The translations under genes were made by a program, and so were the position numbers. From Octopus bimaculoides (taxonomy: Eukaryota), in contig NC_068990.1 of assembly GCF_001194135.2 (NCBI RefSeq), forward strand, positions 69,503,958 through 69,567,957: a stretch of DNA of 64,000 nt, read 5' to 3'. Numbering within the stretch: the first letter of the stretch is position 1; each line of letters opens with the position of its first letter. The notes below the pieces were generated by a model. It made no database searches, was not told the origin of the DNA, and worked only from the letters and a program-made list of their open reading frames with translations. Positions 62,211 through 64,000 of this stretch are shown piece after piece.

Positions 62211-62764
62211 GCAAAGTGTGTATTAGCCTGCATGCTTAAGATTTATAGATATCTATTTGCAACATGCTATGTTAATTGCCCAGTAAACGAAACAACCTAT
62301 CAGTGTTCACATGAGATTTAGACACAGTGAAAGTTCTATAAGAAAGAAATGGGCAAAGAGAGAAAGAGGGAGACAGAGATTTAGAGTTAATTACTTCAGT
62401 AAAGTTAAGAAGTTTTAGTATGGTCATTATTTATCTTCACCTTCATGGCTATACTGTGGGATTCTTTATCTTTCTTCTTTGCACGAAGGAAATTTAAACT
62501 GCACTTGTTTAGACACATTTTTGACTCTGCGGGAATACAAATAATAATCAGTGACATGGTCCAATAAGAACTCTTAGTGCATACCATCATCTCACTTTTT
62601 CATTCATTTAATCTCCAGCTGGTTTTCAAAACTACATTCAAGTTTTCATGGTCACTAGTCTTATAACGTTCAAAGATTCAATGGAATTTCAATCATGTTA
62701 TGAGACTATTAGTAACTATGTGTTGGTTCATACATTGACTATGCCAATGTTTATGCTTATGTGT

Positions 62765-62953
<189 letters not shown>

Positions 62954-62954
<1 letters not shown>

Positions 62955-64000
62955 TTATTAGCTACGCAGGGCCGAATTCAGAAGGGCAATACAATATAGA
63001 ACATTTATTTTTCGGAAAACAAAATACGATCAAAAGAGATCGAAAACGTTTGGGGCGTGTAAACAGCAAAATAATAATGTTCCATTTATAATAGGGTTCC
63101 AAAAAAGGGGAGTAAAAATGTAATACAGATTAGGTTTATCCGTGAAAAGAAAAGCCTACAAAAAAGGCCACGGTAACCTCAGGCAGGGAAAGAACACACC
63201 AGAGCAAAGTGCTCTCTCTCACTTTTGGATTTACAGGATCATGCTCAAAGTGGTTTCGTCATTCACGCGTACCATCTTTGCTATATTCACCCACCTTTTA
63301 TTGAAACTTTCATGAGACAAAGCTTCCCTCTCTATTCTCACCTTCTTTTTCAAGTGGCACTTGAAAAAGAGCGATTGGCCAGAGAGGAAAGTGTTTGTCT
63401 CTAAATCTTTCGCACGAGTCCACCACACGCATTCTTTCACAATAGCCACCAGTACAATAAAAACTGACTGTATTGCCTTCTCGGTTAAAGGAAGATTGTG
63501 GGGCAATATTCACGATAGACTCGGCCGATAACCGAATACGTCCCACTCGTGACAGCAGCTGTTCGACATAAGCTCACAGGTCTGAAATGGCTGAACACTG
63601 CTCGAGTGCATGCAGAACGGTTTCGTTGCTCTGACCGCATCTCAAGCAAGTCGGTCCGGTGTTTCTTAAACCGTGCCTGTAGAGCTTATCTCGAACGGGC
63701 AATGCTTTTCGATAGCATTGCCAGGCCAGGGATCTCTGGAAATTGTCCATAGGTCGCGGCCCGAAAGTGGTCCTGAAGAGGCGGGTCAGGTGTTCCTCGT
63801 CGACGCTCAGATTCTCCTCAAGAGGGTCGTCACACTTCCTCTCCACTAATCCTCTATAAAACACTTTTGTGGAATTAGAGTTGCACAAGTTTGGTCCCGG
63901 ACGGCAGAGTTGCTCGAGAGCACAGCGACACAAGCGGGGCCATTCGTCCAGCCTTGGTCCATGTTTGATCCATGACTGCAGTTCGGCCAAAGAGACGAGT
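62954..64000 (-). mobile_element. Tx1/L1-clade LINE 3' part
   Basis: RSLAWQCYRKALPV...CCHC CLRCGQSNETVLHALEQC; 3' end GGCCCTGCGTAGCTAATAAA directly followed by (TCTA)n; shares ELQSWIK with the 9890-10168 copy. Confidence 0.9.

Noticed and set aside
62405-62590. Possible minus-strand exon (acceptor-like ttcccgcag, SKMCLNKCSLNFLRAKKK...)
   Set aside because: No recognisable domain or partner exon; weak donor. Only RNA-seq could rescue it.

Overview
Eukaryotic, AT-rich scaffold, crowded with microsatellites and broken by many N gaps. The SINE, LINE and microsatellite complement points to an octopod cephalopod genome (inference). One host gene is well supported on the minus strand. A signal-peptide exon (11770-11695) splices in phase 1 onto a 902-nt terminal exon (7760-6859), giving a ~325-aa type I membrane protein: signal peptide, EGF, FN3, TM, cytoplasmic tail. 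It resembles the C-terminal half of vasorin with no LRRs. The rest is mostly mobile DNA: at least three tRNA-derived SINE families, RTE, Tx1/L1 and R4/Dong-type LINE fragments, a Penelope-like element, hammerhead-ribozyme-like cores, two solo LTRs, a Gypsy integrase with its 3' LTR, Tc1/mariner, Merlin, hAT, pogo and Helitron relics, and several foldback or rearranged structures. A visible CpG-depletion boundary near 23.5 kb suggests a methylated gene body to the left of it. No CRISPR array, rRNA or intact tRNA gene was found. All family assignments come from motif recognition by eye, not database searches.
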